A stretch of 60,002 nucleotides of DNA, filler included. It is 5 parts of 5 records of this genome, joined end to end, with 100 filler letters (N's around TTAATTAATTAA, not from the genome) between each part and the next. Parts side by side here need not be neighbours in the genome. Positions count along the whole stretch, not along the records: positions 28,968 to 50,742 come from DRR723986_7950; 4 more parts are not named here. The stretch is one strand, 5' to 3'. Both the position numbers and the translations under genes were made by a program. Numbering within the stretch: the first letter of the stretch is position 1; each line of letters opens with the position of its first letter. The notes under the pieces are model-generated. The model searched no databases, was not told where the DNA came from, and was given only the letters and a program-made list of their open reading frames with translations. Shown here one piece after another: positions 32,791 to 43,372 of the stretch.

Positions 32791-33951
32791 CTAGCGAGCC
32801 GAAGTTGTGGCATTCTTGGCGACTTCATCGAAACGTTCTTCCCAAAATTGCGCTGTAAGATCATCGACAATACGGCTTTCTGCGTTCATCAAAATCACAA
32901 GACCGACGCCCAGTTCTTTTGAAAAACTCACAATACTGCGAAAACCGGCTACGCCGCCTGCATGCATGATAATTTCGTGGTCGCCAAAATCATAAATACG
33001 CCAACCAAGGCCGTAGTGCGCGTTGGCCAAATAGGGCCGCCATTGGCGTTTGTATAGCTCTCGCTTAGTGCGAATGCGCTTTTCGGTCACCATATCAATA
33101 ACACCAGGGCTAATAACCTCTGGGTACCAGCCTAGGTAACTTTCCACCCATTTTACCATGTCACTGATGCTGGCATTGACGCCTGCTGCTGGTGAAAGCC
33201 GATAGTAATTGGGCTTGACTTTGGTTTTATACCATCCGCGGCGTGTATTGAGGTGAGGTTCAGCCCGATCTGTTTGCTCCAGGTAGCCCTCGAGGCCAAT
33301 TGAAGCGTTTTTCATACCCAAAGGTGTTAAAATTCGCTGCTCAATTAAGGTTTCAAAACTACTGTCTGATGTGCTTTCAACAATGGGTTTAACCAAACTA
33401 AAGGCAATATTTTGGTACCCATAACACGCCCCCGGAGAACACACAGGCGACAGGCGTTTAAACCGAGGCAATATCTTCGGTAAGTCCCAGCCGTCTTCAA
33501 TCATATTGTCATAAGCATTCGGAATAAGGCCAACCGAATGGCTTAGCAAATGCTGCAACTCCAGCCGCTCAACGTGACCTTTTTTCTTGAGCTGAAAGGC
33601 CGGTGCATGAGGCGAGACCTTTGTATCAAGGCTAAGCTGCCCCTCCTCAATCAGCATAGCGACCAAGCTGGATGAAAATGTTTTTGAAACAGAAGCGAGG
33701 CGAAAAACTGTGTCTGTCGTTATCGGCAAATTCTTGCCTTTGGCCCGGGTACCATAGGTGCCCGTTTGCAGAGGTTTGCCCATTTCAATGATGGCATATG
33801 CAGCCCCGGGGATTTTCTTATTCTGCATACCGGCTTTAAAGGCACGGTCATACGCGGCGGTGTCAGCTGCGTGAACAGAAAAAGCGGCAACCACAAAAAC
33901 GCATAATACGCTGTAAATAACGCGGCTAATATATCGAATAGTGAGGGCCAT
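32791..33951 (-). CDS. Serine hydrolase, beta-lactamase-related (AmpC/PBP-like)
   Basis: Signal peptide, SxxK (ASVSK), YxN (YQN) and HAG motifs. Confidence 0.88.
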   Translation of the reverse strand: MALTIRYISRVIYSVLCVFVVAAFSVHAADTAAYDRAFKAGMQNKKIPGAAYAIIEMGKPLQTGTYGTRAKGKNLPITTDTVFRLASVSKTFSSSLVAMLIEEGQLSLDTKVSPHAPAFQLKKKGHVERLELQHLLSHSVGLIPNAYDNMIEDGWDLPKILPRFKRLSPVCSPGACYGYQNIAFSLVKPIVESTSDSSFETLIEQRILTPLGMKNASIGLEGYLEQTDRAEPHLNTRRGWYKTKVKPNYYRLSPAAGVNASISDMVKWVESYLGWYPEVISPGVIDMVTEKRIRTKRELYKRQWRPYLANAHYGLGWRIYDFGDHEIIMHAGGVAGFRSIVSFSKELGVGLVILMNAESRIVDDLTAQFWEERFDEVAKNATTSAR

Positions 33952-34724
33952 TAATCTAAAAACCGTTTCATCGTGCGCGCAACCAACTCAGGCTTTTCAG
34001 CATGCAACCAATGGCCTGTTCCAGCAACTGTTTTAACCGTTGCCGCAGGAAATAATTGCAAAATTTGTTCCTGATATGACGCTTGAATATAATCAGAGTT
34101 TGCGCCCCGCAAAAACAAAACTGCGCCCCCGTATTGTCCGCCTTCTATGCCAGCTGCAATATCCTCGTATCGCCCGGCGATAGTATCCAAATTCACCCGC
34201 CAGCCCCAGTTTCCGTCAGTTTGGCGTCGCCAGTTTGTCATCAAAAAACTCAGCACACCGCCCTCTTCAACATACGGCTTCAAAACAGACTGCGCAGCAC
34301 TGCGAGAATGAGGCGCCGTTATAGCTACAGCCTGCATGCCTTCAATAATACGGCTATGGTGCTTACCATAAGCGACGGGCGCAATATCACCGACAATTAG
34401 ACGTTGCACTCGTGCGCCGTCCAAAAGTGCCATCGTCATGGCAACCTTACCGCCCATGGAATGACCAAAAATAAAGGCGTCTTCTATTGCTTCTTTGTCC
34501 ATTGCAGCAAAAACATCTGCCGCCATTTCCGGGTATGTCATTGAATCAGCATGGGGACTGCGCCCATGATTACGAAGGTCCACCAATAGAATCCGAAAAT
34601 CATTTTCCAGAACCCGCACCAGCCCGCCCAAGTTTTCGCCTGAACCAAAAAGTCCATGTAGCATTACCAGCCAAGGGCCTGTCTCGCCGCGCACTCTTGC
34701 AAACAGCTCAACAGCCATCATCAA
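33951..34724 (-). CDS. Alpha/beta-fold esterase (YbfF-like)
   Basis: HGLFGS, DLRNHGRS, the nucleophile motif GHSMGG and the catalytic GHWLH. Confidence 0.9.
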   Translation of the reverse strand: MMMAVELFARVRGETGPWLVMLHGLFGSGENLGGLVRVLENDFRILLVDLRNHGRSPHADSMTYPEMAADVFAAMDKEAIEDAFIFGHSMGGKVAMTMALLDGARVQRLIVGDIAPVAYGKHHSRIIEGMQAVAITAPHSRSAAQSVLKPYVEEGGVLSFLMTNWRRQTDGNWGWRVNLDTIAGRYEDIAAGIEGGQYGGAVLFLRGANSDYIQASYQEQILQLFPAATVKTVAGTGHWLHAEKPELVARTMKRFLD

Positions 34725-35553
34725 GTCTTACTATGGTTCGCGCGTGGCCTATAGGCCCGTGACCCGCACCAAAACCGGGTGCGGCTGAAATAGCCTTGTG
34801 CACAAAGTCGTGCGCTATGGGGAAAGCCTGTTCGAGGCTATACCCTGCCCCGAGCAAACTTGCGAACGCGCTGGCGTAGGTACAACCGGTGCCGTGCGTG
34901 TGCCGGGTAGCGATTTTGCGGCTTGAAAGCTCAACCGTATTATCTTTAGTCATCAAAAAGTCGGTTAATGTGTCGGACTGAAGGTGTCCGCCCTTCATCA
35001 GCACAGCTGATGCTCCCATCTCCAATATCAACCGGCCCGCCTGCTGCATTTCAGCTGATGTCGTTACCTTTTTTCCGGTTAAAACTTCAGCTTCCGGCAA
35101 ATTAGGCGTTAAGAGTGTGGCCATTGGCAGCAACTTGGAACGAATTAATCCAATAGCGGTATCATCCAGCAGCTTGTCACCCGACGAGGCAACCATCACG
35201 GGGTCAATAACGATTGGGCCTACAAAAGCACTATTTATTAGGGCCTCAGCAACAGAAGTGACTGCTTCTGCGGTAGGCAACATGCCTGTTTTAACAGCGT
35301 CTGCACCCACATCTTCAAGCACCGTAGTGATTTGCGCCCCAACAACCCGCGGCTCAACAGCGACAGCCTCTTTAACGCCCAGCGTGTTTTGAACAGTTAG
35401 CGCTGTAATAGCAGCGGCAGCATACTGACCAAACATGGTCACGGTTTTAATATCAGCTTGAATGCCTGCACCACCGGAAGGGTCTGAGCCTGCAATAATC
35501 AGCACCCGCCCCATGGGCTTTGTAGCAGGTGCGACAGATACCGACGGCGCCAT
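34708..35553 (-). CDS. thiD: Hydroxymethylpyrimidine/phosphomethylpyrimidine kinase
   Basis: IAGSDPSGGAGIQAD, TPNLPEA and HGTGCT. Confidence 0.95.
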   Translation of the reverse strand: MAPSVSVAPATKPMGRVLIIAGSDPSGGAGIQADIKTVTMFGQYAAAAITALTVQNTLGVKEAVAVEPRVVGAQITTVLEDVGADAVKTGMLPTAEAVTSVAEALINSAFVGPIVIDPVMVASSGDKLLDDTAIGLIRSKLLPMATLLTPNLPEAEVLTGKKVTTSAEMQQAGRLILEMGASAVLMKGGHLQSDTLTDFLMTKDNTVELSSRKIATRHTHGTGCTYASAFASLLGAGYSLEQAFPIAHDFVHKAISAAPGFGAGHGPIGHARTIVRLDDGC

Positions 35554-36896
35554 TAGGTTGCAGCCTCTACCTCGTTACAAATATTGGTGACATGCTGCTT
35601 TATGAGCCCAGCATCATCACCTTCTGCCATAACCCTGAACAAAGGTTCGGTGCCAGATTTCCTGATTACCAACCGGCCTGTACCATTAAGCGCGGCTTCT
35701 GCTTCACCAATAGCAGCCTGTATTTTTGGTACGGTCATAGGATCATCCACATTATAGCGAACGCTTTTTAGAAGCTGCGGCACAGGTTCAAACTGTTGGC
35801 AAACCTCTGACGCTGGCCTGCCAGACTGGACAATTTCAGTGATAACCTGAAGCGCAGATACAATGCCGTCACCAGTGGTAGAAAAGTCAGACAAAACAAT
35901 ATGGCCAGATTGCTCCCCGCCCACATTCATACCCTTATCGCGCATGCGCTCAACAACATAACGGTCCCCAACCTGGGTGCGCTCAAGCGAGAGGCCTTCA
36001 CTGGTCAATAACCGCTCCAGCCCAAGGTTAGACATCACAGTGGTGACCAAGCCACCACCTTTCAAAATACCGCGTTTATGCCATGCGCGTGCAATCAGAG
36101 CCATCACCTGATCACCATCAATAATCTTGCCGTTTTCATCGCACAAAATCAGTCGATCTGCGTCACCGTCCAGCGCAACACCCACGTCTGCTTTTTCAGC
36201 AACCACACGCTCACACATGGCTTCTGGGTAGGTAGAACCGCATTTGTCATTAATATTAAAGCCATTGGGGCTAACGCCCATTTCAATAACATCTGCGCCC
36301 AATTCACCAAAAACATCAGGGCCTACTTTGTAGCCAGCACCGTTGGCGCAATCCAATACCACTTTAAGGCCTTCAAGGGTTGTCCCTGCTGGCACAGTCG
36401 CCTTGGCAAATTCAACATAGCGACCTCGAGCACTTTCAAGCCGGCTGGCCTTGCCCAAGTCAGACGAGTCAACAAGCACATCGTTGCAGTCACTTTCAAG
36501 GAGCTCTTCAATGTCCAGTTCGGTTTGGTCGGTTAATTTATAACCATCAGGGCCAAAAAACTTCAAACCATTGTCATAATGCGGGTTATGGCTCGCGGAA
36601 ATCATAACACCCAGGTCAGCCCGCAATGATTTGACGAGCATGGCAACAGCAGGCGTTGGCATGGGGCCAACCATAACAACGTCCATACCAGCCGCAACAA
36701 ACCCTGCCGCCAGCGCAGGCTCATACATATAGCCAGACCGGCGCGTATCTTTGCCTATAACAACACGGTGCACATGGTCGCCGCGCTTGAAAACACGGCC
36801 AGCAGCAAGGCCCACGCGCATGGCAACATCTGGTGTCATATGTTTTTGATTAACGCGACCCCGAATGCCATCGGTGCCAAAAAATTTGCGGCTCAT
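35553..36896 (-). CDS. glmM: Phosphoglucosamine mutase
   Basis: [20 protein letters not shown] and GGEQSGH. Confidence 0.97.
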   Translation of the reverse strand: MSRKFFGTDGIRGRVNQKHMTPDVAMRVGLAAGRVFKRGDHVHRVVIGKDTRRSGYMYEPALAAGFVAAGMDVVMVGPMPTPAVAMLVKSLRADLGVMISASHNPHYDNGLKFFGPDGYKLTDQTELDIEELLESDCNDVLVDSSDLGKASRLESARGRYVEFAKATVPAGTTLEGLKVVLDCANGAGYKVGPDVFGELGADVIEMGVSPNGFNINDKCGSTYPEAMCERVVAEKADVGVALDGDADRLILCDENGKIIDGDQVMALIARAWHKRGILKGGGLVTTVMSNLGLERLLTSEGLSLERTQVGDRYVVERMRDKGMNVGGEQSGHIVLSDFSTTGDGIVSALQVITEIVQSGRPASEVCQQFEPVPQLLKSVRYNVDDPMTVPKIQAAIGEAEAALNGTGRLVIRKSGTEPLFRVMAEGDDAGLIKQHVTNICNEVEAAT

Positions 36897-36944
36897 GAGC
36901 GGCCACTCCCCTTAACGCATAAATTTCGGCGCATACTAGCCTGA

Positions 36945-38078
36945 TCAGAGAGCGCCGTCCATCACCGATGCATCCGTAAATGCCTGAATCATCTTAACCG
37001 CTTCAACGGTCTGCGGCACATCATGTACGCGCACGATATTGACACCCTCTGTAACGCCTGCCGCGGCGGATACAACAGAGCCGATGATGCGCTCATCTGC
37101 ATTCTCAACACCGGTTACCGCACCAATGAAACGCTTGCGAGAGGCCCCCAACAAAACGGGACAGCCAAGTATTTGGAACATACTGATACCGTTGATAAGC
37201 GCGATATTGTCCTGCACGATACGTTTACCAAAGCCAATACCGGGGTCGAGAATGATGCGATCATGGGCTATGCCAGCGTCAATGCAGGCTTCCATTCGGC
37301 TCTCCAGATAGTCATATACATCCAGCAAAACATTATCATAATTCGGGCTGTCTTGCATGGTGGCGGGGGTGCCTTGCGCATGCATTAAAACTACTGACAA
37401 GCCCGATTGCGCTGCAAATGCCAAGCTTTCAGGATCATGCGTTAAGGCCGACACATCGTTAATGATATCAACGCCAGCTTCACAAGCTTTTTGCATGACA
37501 AAGCTGTTTCTTGTATCCACCGACAGCGCAACGCCTTCGCCCGCCAAAGCTTCAATCACCGGCACAATACGGTCAGCCTCTTCGCCTTCCCACACAGGTG
37601 TTGCACCGGGCCGTGTCGACTCCCCGCCAATATCAATAATATCTGCACCAGATGCCGCCATCGCCCGCGCACGGCGCACGGCGTCGTTGCTATTTAAATA
37701 CTTACCGCCGTCTGAAAAGCTGTCAGGCGTAACGTTCAGGACACCCATAACCAGTGGTTTTGTGAATGCTAATGTCTTTCCAGCTTGCAATTTTATCGCT
37801 GTGCGCTTGCGCCCCAAGCCTTCGATCTGGGCTTCGAGTTGTTTCTTGTGCTCGGGTGAGCAGCTTTCCATCTGCGCGTTTATTTGATCGGCAGAAAAAT
37901 ACCCAGAGACAACGTCGCTGCCATCACGCCGCGCATACACCACCGCTCCTGCATAGCGAACACCTGTTCCGGCGCGGTCCAAAGAATTTGCAGCCCCGAG
38001 GTGAGCTGCGGAAACGCAACCGACGGGCCGAAGATAAAGCTTCGACCCGCCGGGAATATTACTTAATTCAGTTAGCAC
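36945..38078 (-). CDS. folP: Dihydropteroate synthase with an N-terminal extension of about 100 aa
   Basis: NVTPDSFSDGG, GESTRPG, DPGIGFGK, SRKRF and RVHDV. Confidence 0.95.
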   Translation of the reverse strand: MLTELSNIPGGSKLYLRPVGCVSAAHLGAANSLDRAGTGVRYAGAVVYARRDGSDVVSGYFSADQINAQMESCSPEHKKQLEAQIEGLGRKRTAIKLQAGKTLAFTKPLVMGVLNVTPDSFSDGGKYLNSNDAVRRARAMAASGADIIDIGGESTRPGATPVWEGEEADRIVPVIEALAGEGVALSVDTRNSFVMQKACEAGVDIINDVSALTHDPESLAFAAQSGLSVVLMHAQGTPATMQDSPNYDNVLLDVYDYLESRMEACIDAGIAHDRIILDPGIGFGKRIVQDNIALINGISMFQILGCPVLLGASRKRFIGAVTGVENADERIIGSVVSAAAGVTEGVNIVRVHDVPQTVEAVKMIQAFTDASVMDGAL

Positions 38079-38101
38079 AGAATGCAGTCCCCGCAGCAGC
38101 G

Positions 38102-40012
38102 TTAGCCTTCCGGCTGCGGTTCGCTTTGGCCAACACCTGTGGTCGGTACAGCGCTAGTACGCGGTGGTGGCGCTTTTGGTGTTCCATCGGGTTTCTTTGG
38201 TTTCACTTTGATGGGCTCACCTTTCAACAGGGCGTTGATCTCATCGCCTGACAAGGTTTCATATTCAAGCAACGCTTTTGCCAATGTATGCAGATCATCC
38301 AAATTATCTGTCAAAATTTGAGTTGCGCGGTCATTTGCATCGCCAACAAACGCCTTAATTTCTGAATCGATCATTTTCGATGTTTCATCAGACATATTTT
38401 GCGTTTTGGCAACTGAATGACCCAGGAACACTTCTTCTTCATTGGCAGCATATTGAAGCGGCCCAAGTTTGTCGGACATGCCCCACTGCGTAACCATGCT
38501 GCGCGCTAGGCTGGTGGCATATTGAATGTCACTTGCGGCACCAGATGTCACAGCATCATGCCCGAAAATAATTTCTTCTGCCACACGGCCACCCATTGCA
38601 ACAGCAAGGTTGTCATGCATTTTTTGGCGACTCTGCGAATATTGGTCACGCTCAGGCAGGCGCATAACCATACCAAGCGCACGACCACGCGGAATGATGG
38701 TTGCCTTATGAATGGGGTCTGATGTCGGGCAATGAATAGCAACAAGTGCATGGCCGCCTTCATGGTACGCGGTAAGCTTCTTCTCGTCGTCGGTCATCAC
38801 CATCGAACGCCTCTCAGCGCCCATCATAACTTTATCTTTAGCGTCTTCAAATTCCTGCATCGACACAATTTTCTTGCCGCGCCGCGCCGCCAACAAAGCA
38901 GCCTCATTCACAAGGTTCATCAGGTCTGCACCTGAAAAACCAGGCGTTCCGCGCGCAACAGTATTGATGTCAACATCCGGCGCGATAGGCACCTTGCGAA
39001 CATGCACACCAAGAATTTTCTCACGGCCTTCAATATCTGGGTTACCAACCACAACCTGACGGTCAAACCGACCAGGGCGCAATAGCGCAGGGTCAAGTAC
39101 GTCAGGGCGGTTAGTCGCCGCAATAATAATGATACCCTCGTTGGTCTCAAAGCCGTCCATTTCAACCAGCAACTGGTTAAGGGTTTGCTCACGCTCATCA
39201 TTACCGCCACCAAGGCCTGCGCCCCTATGCCGGCCCACAGCATCGATTTCATCAATGAAAATAATACACGGTGCGTTTTTCTTACCCTGCTCAAACATAT
39301 CACGGACACGGCTAGCACCGACACCTACGAACATTTCAACAAAGTCAGAGCCGGAAATGGTAAAGAATGGCACATTAGCCTCGCCCGCAATAGCGCGTGC
39401 CAGAAGCGTTTTACCTGTACCTGGAGGGCCAACAAGCAGCGCACCTTTGGGGATTTTACCGCCAAGTTTTTGAAATTTCTGCGGGTCCTTCAAAAAGTCT
39501 ACAACTTCTTCCAGTTCTTCTTTGGCTTCTTCAATGCCTGCAACATCTTCAAATGTTACCCTGCCCTGTTTTTCAGTGAGCAGCTTGGCTTTTGATTTGC
39601 CAAAACCCATGGCACCGCCACCGCCGCCTTTGCCCTGCATCTGGCGCATGAAGAAAACCCAAATGCCAATAATCAACAAGAATGGTAACCACGAAAACAG
39701 AGCCGTCATGAATACGCCGCTGTCTTCTTTGATCAACTTATAATCAACGTTGTTGTCCTGCAGAATATTATATAGGTCAGGGTGGAAGTTAGGCATAACC
39801 GCTGTGCGAACTTCGCCGCTAGTGTAGGTGATGCTGATGTCCTGGCCAGATATCTCGGCACTGGCCACCTGATTTTGTTCAACACTGTTCAGGAATTCAG
39901 AATAACTCACTTCCTGTTGGCGGCTTGAGCCGCCCTGAAACGTGTTGAAAAGTGCGAATAGCATGATGATAATAAAACCCCATACTAACGCATTCCGCAT
40001 AAAACTGTTCAC
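38102..40012 (-). CDS. ftsH: ATP-dependent zinc metalloprotease FtsH
   Basis: Two TM segments, Walker [16 protein letters not shown], the SRH RPGRFDR and the Zn motif HEGGH. Confidence 0.98.
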   Translation of the reverse strand: MNSFMRNALVWGFIIIMLFALFNTFQGGSSRQQEVSYSEFLNSVEQNQVASAEISGQDISITYTSGEVRTAVMPNFHPDLYNILQDNNVDYKLIKEDSGVFMTALFSWLPFLLIIGIWVFFMRQMQGKGGGGGAMGFGKSKAKLLTEKQGRVTFEDVAGIEEAKEELEEVVDFLKDPQKFQKLGGKIPKGALLVGPPGTGKTLLARAIAGEANVPFFTISGSDFVEMFVGVGASRVRDMFEQGKKNAPCIIFIDEIDAVGRHRGAGLGGGNDEREQTLNQLLVEMDGFETNEGIIIIAATNRPDVLDPALLRPGRFDRQVVVGNPDIEGREKILGVHVRKVPIAPDVDINTVARGTPGFSGADLMNLVNEAALLAARRGKKIVSMQEFEDAKDKVMMGAERRSMVMTDDEKKLTAYHEGGHALVAIHCPTSDPIHKATIIPRGRALGMVMRLPERDQYSQSRQKMHDNLAVAMGGRVAEEIIFGHDAVTSGAASDIQYATSLARSMVTQWGMSDKLGPLQYAANEEEVFLGHSVAKTQNMSDETSKMIDSEIKAFVGDANDRATQILTDNLDDLHTLAKALLEYETLSGDEINALLKGEPIKVKPKKPDGTPKAPPPRTSAVPTTGVGQSEPQPEG

Positions 40013-40082
40013 TCTACTGCCTTTCGATGCTGCGCAATGTGCGCGCTCGCAATAAATCTGGTTACCATTGTCTTATATAGTG

Positions 40083-40110
40083 AGATAAGCTCAATACTGC
40101 ATGGTACAAG
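40083..40110 (-). promoter_or_regulatory. RpoH (sigma32)-type promoter upstream of ftsH
   Basis: The minus strand reads CTTG-N17-CTTATCT, matching the alphaproteobacterial RpoH consensus CTTG-N17/18-CYTATNT. Confidence 0.6.
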
Positions 40111-40113
40111 GGT

Positions 40114-41442
40114 TTATTGCATCCCGTCATAAGTTTTTTTACCAGTTTCAGACAAAGTGAGCCTTTGGTGAGACAAAACCGGCACCTTTATTCCATCAGG
40201 GTTATACCCTAAATGCGGCACTGCAATCAATCTTTCCCCAATAAAGAAAGCTGGCAATGTCGGCAGCACAAACTTTGGAACCCTGTCTGTCGCCTTATGC
40301 AACTGCAATAATTGGTCCTCGATTAATATACGCGCAGCATCCCCCAACGGACCTACAAGTAAGCCCTGTTCAGGCTGTATATCAGAAGCATCAACGGTAA
40401 AGCGACCATCCCAATCGGTATACTTGTTCGTTACAGGCTTGGCAGGCCCTATAGCAGACAGCTCACGAGTAACTATAATTTCATGCGCTGCTCCCTGCTG
40501 CAAAACAGGAGAAAACTTAACGCCGCTTAACGTATGCCCCTTAAAATTCTTATCAAGCAGCGCATTGGCTAACCGAAGTAATTTCTCGAATCGGGGGGCG
40601 TAGCCGCCACCGCCCGAAAATTGAATCACGCTATTAAGCGCACGTAAATAAACATCTTCCGGAACCTGAGCAAACTTTCGTTTGTCCAGCACAGCATATC
40701 CGCAATCAAAAAACTGAACCGACTCTTCAAGCCAGCGCCGCTGAAAAAACTCAAGCGCATCCCGCGAACGGCGAAGGCGTTCAGCGGTAGCAGATAGCCT
40801 GTCTGCATGCAGCCCTTCCAAAGGCGGGTTTTCAAGAAAATTCCTTACCTTAACCCGGTCAAACGCTGCATTGCGATTACTTGGATCGTCTACCCAATCA
40901 AGCTTCAATTCATTAAGTGCGGCAATCAGCCTTTTTTTAGAGACGCTTAAAAGAGGCCGCAAAAGTGCAACGCCCTTCCCCAAGTCGCGCATGTTTGCCA
41001 TACCAGCCAAGCCATATACACCGCTACCGCGCGCCAATCGAAGCAACACGGTTTCCGCTTGATCATCCATATGATGCGCAGTGCATAAAAAATATATTTG
41101 ACGCTGGGCGCACCAGTCACGCATTAGCCCATATCTGGCTTCCCGGGCTTCTGCCTGAATGTTTGCGGTTGGTGTTTCATCATGGTCCCACACCAAAATT
41201 TCACTATCTATGCCAAGCAACCGTAATTGTTTACGCGTTGCTATAGCTTCAGCCCCTGACTCTGGTCGCAAACCATGATCAACGACAAGCGCAACAATTG
41301 GCCGAATAGGGCGCAATAAAGCCGCGAGACACAGACTGTCAGCACCGCCAGATACAGCAACCGCAACGGTGGCCGATGCAGGCACTTCCAGCCGTTCCAA
41401 CGACATAGCTAATTCGTCAGATGTTAAAGGGCCTTCAGGCAC
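40114..41442 (-). CDS. tilS: tRNA(Ile)-lysidine synthase
   Basis: PP-loop AVSGGADS, VDHGLR, HHMDDQAET, RPLL and DPSN. Confidence 0.95.
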   Translation of the reverse strand: MPEGPLTSDELAMSLERLEVPASATVAVAVSGGADSLCLAALLRPIRPIVALVVDHGLRPESGAEAIATRKQLRLLGIDSEILVWDHDETPTANIQAEAREARYGLMRDWCAQRQIYFLCTAHHMDDQAETVLLRLARGSGVYGLAGMANMRDLGKGVALLRPLLSVSKKRLIAALNELKLDWVDDPSNRNAAFDRVKVRNFLENPPLEGLHADRLSATAERLRRSRDALEFFQRRWLEESVQFFDCGYAVLDKRKFAQVPEDVYLRALNSVIQFSGGGGYAPRFEKLLRLANALLDKNFKGHTLSGVKFSPVLQQGAAHEIIVTRELSAIGPAKPVTNKYTDWDGRFTVDASDIQPEQGLLVGPLGDAARILIEDQLLQLHKATDRVPKFVLPTLPAFFIGERLIAVPHLGYNPDGIKVPVLSHQRLTLSETGKKTYDGMQ

Positions 41443-41460
41443 AGTCTTCGCATTCGATCA

Positions 41461-42369
41461 TCAAAATATATTGCATCTCGCAGTTTCCGAGACACGGCGC
41501 GCCCGCGTTTTCAAGCGATCAGACGCTTCACTTTCAATACGGCGAAATTCGGCTAGTGCGTTACAGGCGTCATCAGATGCGCCTAATGCAACCAAAACAT
41601 CTGATAGGTCTACCAACGCATCAACACGTTTGTCATGGTTGGGATGGTCCTCAATTAATCTTAAAAACAATTGCGCCGCCTCAGCATTACGCGACTGTTG
41701 CATGTTAATTCTACCAAGCCAGAATATTGCATTTGCCGTCTGCGGGTTATCAGGATTGGCAGCCATAAATTGCTCCATAGCGACACGACCACTGTCCAGG
41801 TCATTTTTGCGTATAAAAGAAAACGCATAAGAATATTGTGCCGCGGCATCACCGTCAGGCAACTCAATTGTGACCGCTTGCTCTGTTTGCACAGGTGGCA
41901 GTTCATCCCCCGCTGGTTGGTTGCCAGAAATAGACTCCGCGACAGGCTGCGCCGTGCTTGCAGCCCCTTCGGCAGCAGGTGCAACCGACGCGTTTCCAAC
42001 AGGTACTGAAAGCATTTGTTCGCGCTGCATAGCCATTTGTTCGCGTAACTGCCCTATGGTTTCAGCCATTTCATTTTGGCGAAACTCATACTCTTCCAAA
42101 CGGCCATTAAGCTGGCGCATTTGACGGTCCAATGTACCCATTTTCGCCAAAATATCTGCAAGCACGCGTCTATCGGCTGGAGGCTCCTGATCCGTCGCGG
42201 CCGCCCCGGCAGGAATTTCACCGCCATTAACCCGGCGCTGCAAAACCCTAAGCTGGCGCTTCAACGCATCTATTTCAGCCGCCATAACGGCTGGGCTGGA
42301 CTGCGCCACAACAGGTGCCACTCCGTAACCAGACCAAACAAGAATAAAAACTGCCAAGAAAACGCGCAT
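41461..42369 (-). CDS. cpoB: Tol-Pal-associated cell division coordinator (coiled coil + TPR)
   Basis: Signal peptide, coiled coil and C-terminal TPR (ANAIFWLG...ACNAL), lying between pal and tilS. Confidence 0.85.
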   Translation of the reverse strand: MRVFLAVFILVWSGYGVAPVVAQSSPAVMAAEIDALKRQLRVLQRRVNGGEIPAGAAATDQEPPADRRVLADILAKMGTLDRQMRQLNGRLEEYEFRQNEMAETIGQLREQMAMQREQMLSVPVGNASVAPAAEGAASTAQPVAESISGNQPAGDELPPVQTEQAVTIELPDGDAAAQYSYAFSFIRKNDLDSGRVAMEQFMAANPDNPQTANAIFWLGRINMQQSRNAEAAQLFLRLIEDHPNHDKRVDALVDLSDVLVALGASDDACNALAEFRRIESEASDRLKTRARRVSETARCNIF

Positions 42370-42479
42370 AGGGCCTTCCCAATTTCTAACCATAAAACCA
42401 ATCACTCAATTATTACCAACGCGAAGAGTTATTACGCGGCTAAATTACCGTATTTGAATCTACCCTTTTAATCGGGCAT

Positions 42480-42520
42480 AAAAAAGACGACCCCGCGCCG
42501 GTGTTTCCTGCGCGAGGTCA
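42480..42520 (-). terminator. Terminator-like hairpin after pal
   Basis: The minus strand reads gacctcgcgc...gcgcggggtc followed by a T run. Confidence 0.55.
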
Positions 42521-42543
42521 ATAGTTTAATTCGGAAGACCGAT

Positions 42544-43119
42544 TTATTTAACGGTCATGACCCCACGACGGTTTTGGCTGCGAGCCGCATCACTGCTGCC
42601 AGCAACTGCCAGGCGCTCTTTACCGTAGCTTATTGGGCTCATACGGCTGGCAGAAACACCCAAAGCCATCAAATAGCTTCTGACGGCATTTGCACGACGC
42701 TCACCAAGTGCCAAGTTATATTCGCGAGTACCACGCTCATCGCAGTGGCCTTCAATATTTACCCGCGCACGGCTGTGATACTCAAGCCACTCGGCTTGTC
42801 TTGCCAGCACGTCACGAGCTTCATCTGTAAGTTCAGAACTGTCATACTCGAAGAAAACCCGGTCGCCAGCAAAAGCATCCAGGGCTGCTTGGTTAGCAGT
42901 TGCGCCGAACTTGTCGCGCTCCATGCGCGCAAGATTTTCAGCTTCAATGCGTGCAGTTTCAACGGCACTTGGCCGTCCATTATTTTCTTCAGAACTAGTT
43001 GTAACTTCTTCAGCCTGCCCGGCTGTATCTGATGGCGTTGTATCTTTCGAGCAAGCTGCCAAAAGTAGGGCCGCTGCTGAAACAAAAACTATTTTTTTAC
43101 CCAGGTGCACGGATGTCAT
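42544..43119 (-). CDS. pal: Peptidoglycan-associated lipoprotein
   Basis: Lipobox LAAC and the OmpA-like domain EGHCDERGTREYNLALGERRA...NRR. Confidence 0.96.
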   Translation of the reverse strand: MTSVHLGKKIVFVSAAALLLAACSKDTTPSDTAGQAEEVTTSSEENNGRPSAVETARIEAENLARMERDKFGATANQAALDAFAGDRVFFEYDSSELTDEARDVLARQAEWLEYHSRARVNIEGHCDERGTREYNLALGERRANAVRSYLMALGVSASRMSPISYGKERLAVAGSSDAARSQNRRGVMTVK

Positions 43120-43372
43120 TATCGCTCCCTCCAATGAGTGGGGTATTCCCCGTCAAACATTCATTAGTTAACCGCGTGCTTATCCGCGTCGCAGATCACA
43201 AACTTGGGCGACTATAGAACGCGATATCCCGATGATCAAGCCGTCAAAACGAGGCAAATGTTTGTTCTCACGTCAATTTTATCAATAAAAGGCGAAATAC
43301 GGCAAATTTCCGCACAAATTTGGGCCGATTTTGTCAGATTTTAAATAAATCCAATCATTTTAAAGGCGGTAT

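Noticed and set aside
32791-33951. Possible class C beta-lactamase resistance gene
   Set aside because: It has HAG instead of the KTG triad, a housekeeping operon context and no mobile element, so only a generic serine hydrolase call is supported.
36945-38078. folP as a sul-type resistance gene or novel fusion
   Set aside because: Standard ftsH-folP-glmM context. Similar N-terminal extensions are, as I recall, common in alphaproteobacterial FolP.
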